A DNA stretch of 64,000 bases from Setoptus koraiensis (Eukaryota; Animalia; Arthropoda): positions 992,001 to 1,056,000 of the forward strand of contig CM106586.1 in NCBI GenBank assembly GCA_048013815.1, read 5' to 3'. This document shows, piece by piece, positions 62,201 through 64,000 of the stretch. Positions within the stretch are counted from its first letter, which is position 1, and each line of letters starts with the position of its first letter. The position numbers and the translations under genes were made by a program. Below the pieces are notes generated by a model, which saw only the letters and a program-made list of their open reading frames with translations, had not been told where the DNA came from and did no database searches.

Positions 62201-62850
62201 ACGTCAGATGTGACTCGAACTGCGTGACCGGAAGTTGGTCCAACAGTGAATGGTGGATATCTCCTGAGTGGATGATTGTAAACGGTGGTATCTGGACCTA
62301 TTCGAAAATACCTAAATTTCCAGTCTGAGGCACTCCTGGAAAATGCTTTTCCCCGTATCTCCGGAAGTAGATATTTCCGCACTTCCGGACCTTCAAAAAC
62401 GTTCTTTTGGGCCGCTTCGCGGCCCTTGTGTGGAGTTTGAAGGAAATCGGGCTTGGTTGTTGTTCGCTACTACACCCCAATAAGCAAGTTAAGAGAACCG
62501 AAAAACGTTGACGAGATAAGAAAAGTTTTGGGCCTTATAGGCTATTATAGGAAGTTTATTCATCGGTTCGCCGAACTAGCGGCGCCACTAACCGATCTCA
62601 CAAGAGATGGAGAGAGATTCACGTGGGAACAAACCCTTGAAAATAGCTTTACCGCACTTAAAAAAGCTCTGCTAGAAAGTAGAGCAATCTCATTTTATAT
62701 CAGGAACAAACCGTTGATGATCAAAACCGACGCGTCGCGATTGGGTGCGGCAGGCCTCTTAATGCAACTACAAGATGGTCAGTGGCGAATCATCAACGCC
62801 ACTAGCCGACGATTATCTAGCTCCCCTGGTTGTTCTGTAAGATTTTTCTC
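59279..62850 (+). repeat. Segmental duplication of 45343-48101 with an added MITE-A insertion
   Basis: Same ordered mosaic (copia gag, HINE 3' part, HINE 5' part, gypsy RT, MITE-C, RNase H, MITE tip) with scattered substitutions. Confidence 0.95.
59920..60788 (+). mobile_element. MITE-A copy 3 (869 bp) with 8-bp TSD CACATGTT
   Basis: TSD at 59912-59919 and 60789-60796; the empty site is present in the paralogous copy near 46039. Confidence 0.97.
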
Positions 62851-63059
62851 CCATGGATGGAACACCCAAGAACTACACTAATTCACTTCTATGTTTCCCT
62901 TTTTTGGTCTAAATTATATAAATTCTTTTATTTTTGATTTCATTGTTGAATAAAATATCGATTTTATTCATTGTCTTTTCTTTTGCTAAGGCTAAACGTT
63001 CTGGCTGTTAACCTCTTGGAATTTATATATCAACTATATTTATTTCATACATTGCTTAC

Positions 63060-64000
63060 ATATATATATATAACTACAGTATGTGTGTATACAACACTGC
63101 GCGTGACAAGTGAGTGCTTTTGTATATTCCAATACACACCAATTAGTCAATGGCGCACACTTTATTGTAGTGCATAGATTTCGAATTCCGAAGATCGAGC
63201 TATGACTATCGAACTTCTACCATCGGACCCAAGAACACTGTTCAACCAACTTTGAGCGAGCAGCTGGAACTCTTATCAGGAATTCGAATTTTCAATTTAC
63301 GAAGTTCGGATTGTTACCTTCGAACTCCGAACATCGAACTCTGACCATCGAACATCGAACGAGCATTTCCACCAATGGACATTATGTGCTCCTGGCAGTT
63401 AATTCGTAATTTACCACCATCAAAGCGAAATTGTACCTTGGGTCGAGCGAAATTCGATCTGGACCACTTCTGACAATCAAATGGTCGATACAATTTTGAC
63501 CCGTCAAGCGTTTCTCTGGTTAAGCATCCTCTACCAATAACTATGTTGTTGATAATTTCGTCTCCGGCGACAGGTCTTACGCATTTAGAGGATGAGTTAT
63601 AGAGAGTTCGAATTTTCAATTTCGAAGTTCGAATTGTGACCATCGAACTCTGACCATCGAACACTGACCATCGAACGTCGAACGAGCTGCCGTAACTCTT
63701 ATCAGAAACTCGAATTTTCAATTTCGAAGTTCGAATTGTGACCATCGAACTCTGACCATCGAACTCTGACCATCGAACACTGACCATCGAACGTCGAACG
63801 AGCTGCCGTAACTCTTATCAGCAATTCGAATTTTCAATCTTGAAGTTCGATTTGTCACCACCGAACTCCGTACAAATGTGACCTAGTCAAATCTCCATAG
63901 AATTGCATACGAAATATTTTCGAGTGAATAGACCAAGTCGAATCTAGATAGGAATACATGTGTAATGTCTAGCAGGATTCTCACAAATTTGACTAAGTCA
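63060..64000 (-). mobile_element. HINE-like internal modules with an unrelated insert at about 63361-63600
   Basis: GACCATCGAAC arrays; 63860-64000 is the reverse complement of about 56330-56480. Confidence 0.7.

Noticed and set aside
22218-64000. Uni-strand (flamenco-type) piRNA cluster
   Set aside because: TE coding fragments occur on both strands with no clear bias; a dual-strand cluster remains possible.

Overview
Eukaryotic scaffold, clearly animal and probably an arthropod. A mite is a low-confidence guess from gene style. Two 500-N gaps (21503-22002, 38596-39095) split it into three contigs. The first 21.5 kb is microsatellite-rich, has no recognisable transposons and carries three genes: a 4-exon Nkx6/HGTX homeobox gene, a 4-exon secreted Cu/Zn-SOD-repeat protein, and the 3' part of a dynactin p150Glued gene that appears to lack most of its inter-coiled-coil domain. 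From 22 kb to 64 kb the sequence is a wall-to-wall mosaic of three components. (i) A family of Helentron/DINE-1-like non-autonomous elements (HINE-like), with 22 termini mapped, a 13-bp sub[16 protein letters not shown], a 3' stem-loop and insertion into T-runs. (ii) A family of GG...CC-ended MITEs with one proven 8-bp TSD. Several of these carry an indel-free 160-bp hairpin-packed core rich in c-GNA-g mini-hairpins. (iii) Short fragments of gypsy, copia, hAT-like, Harbinger/ISL2EU-like and PF20700-type transposons, plus host-gene-like pieces (neprilysin pseudogene, divergent HLH gene). Most coding fragments stop exactly at a HINE or MITE terminus and do not resume on the far side. The best leads are this terminus-bounded cassette architecture, the 160-bp structured core, a copia pol fused in frame to an env-like domain, a gypsy 3' ORF with a SUMO/ubiquitin-like domain, and the internally deleted p150. 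All calls come from reading the sequence by eye; no database searches were run, and mis-assembly across repeats remains a real alternative for the mosaic.
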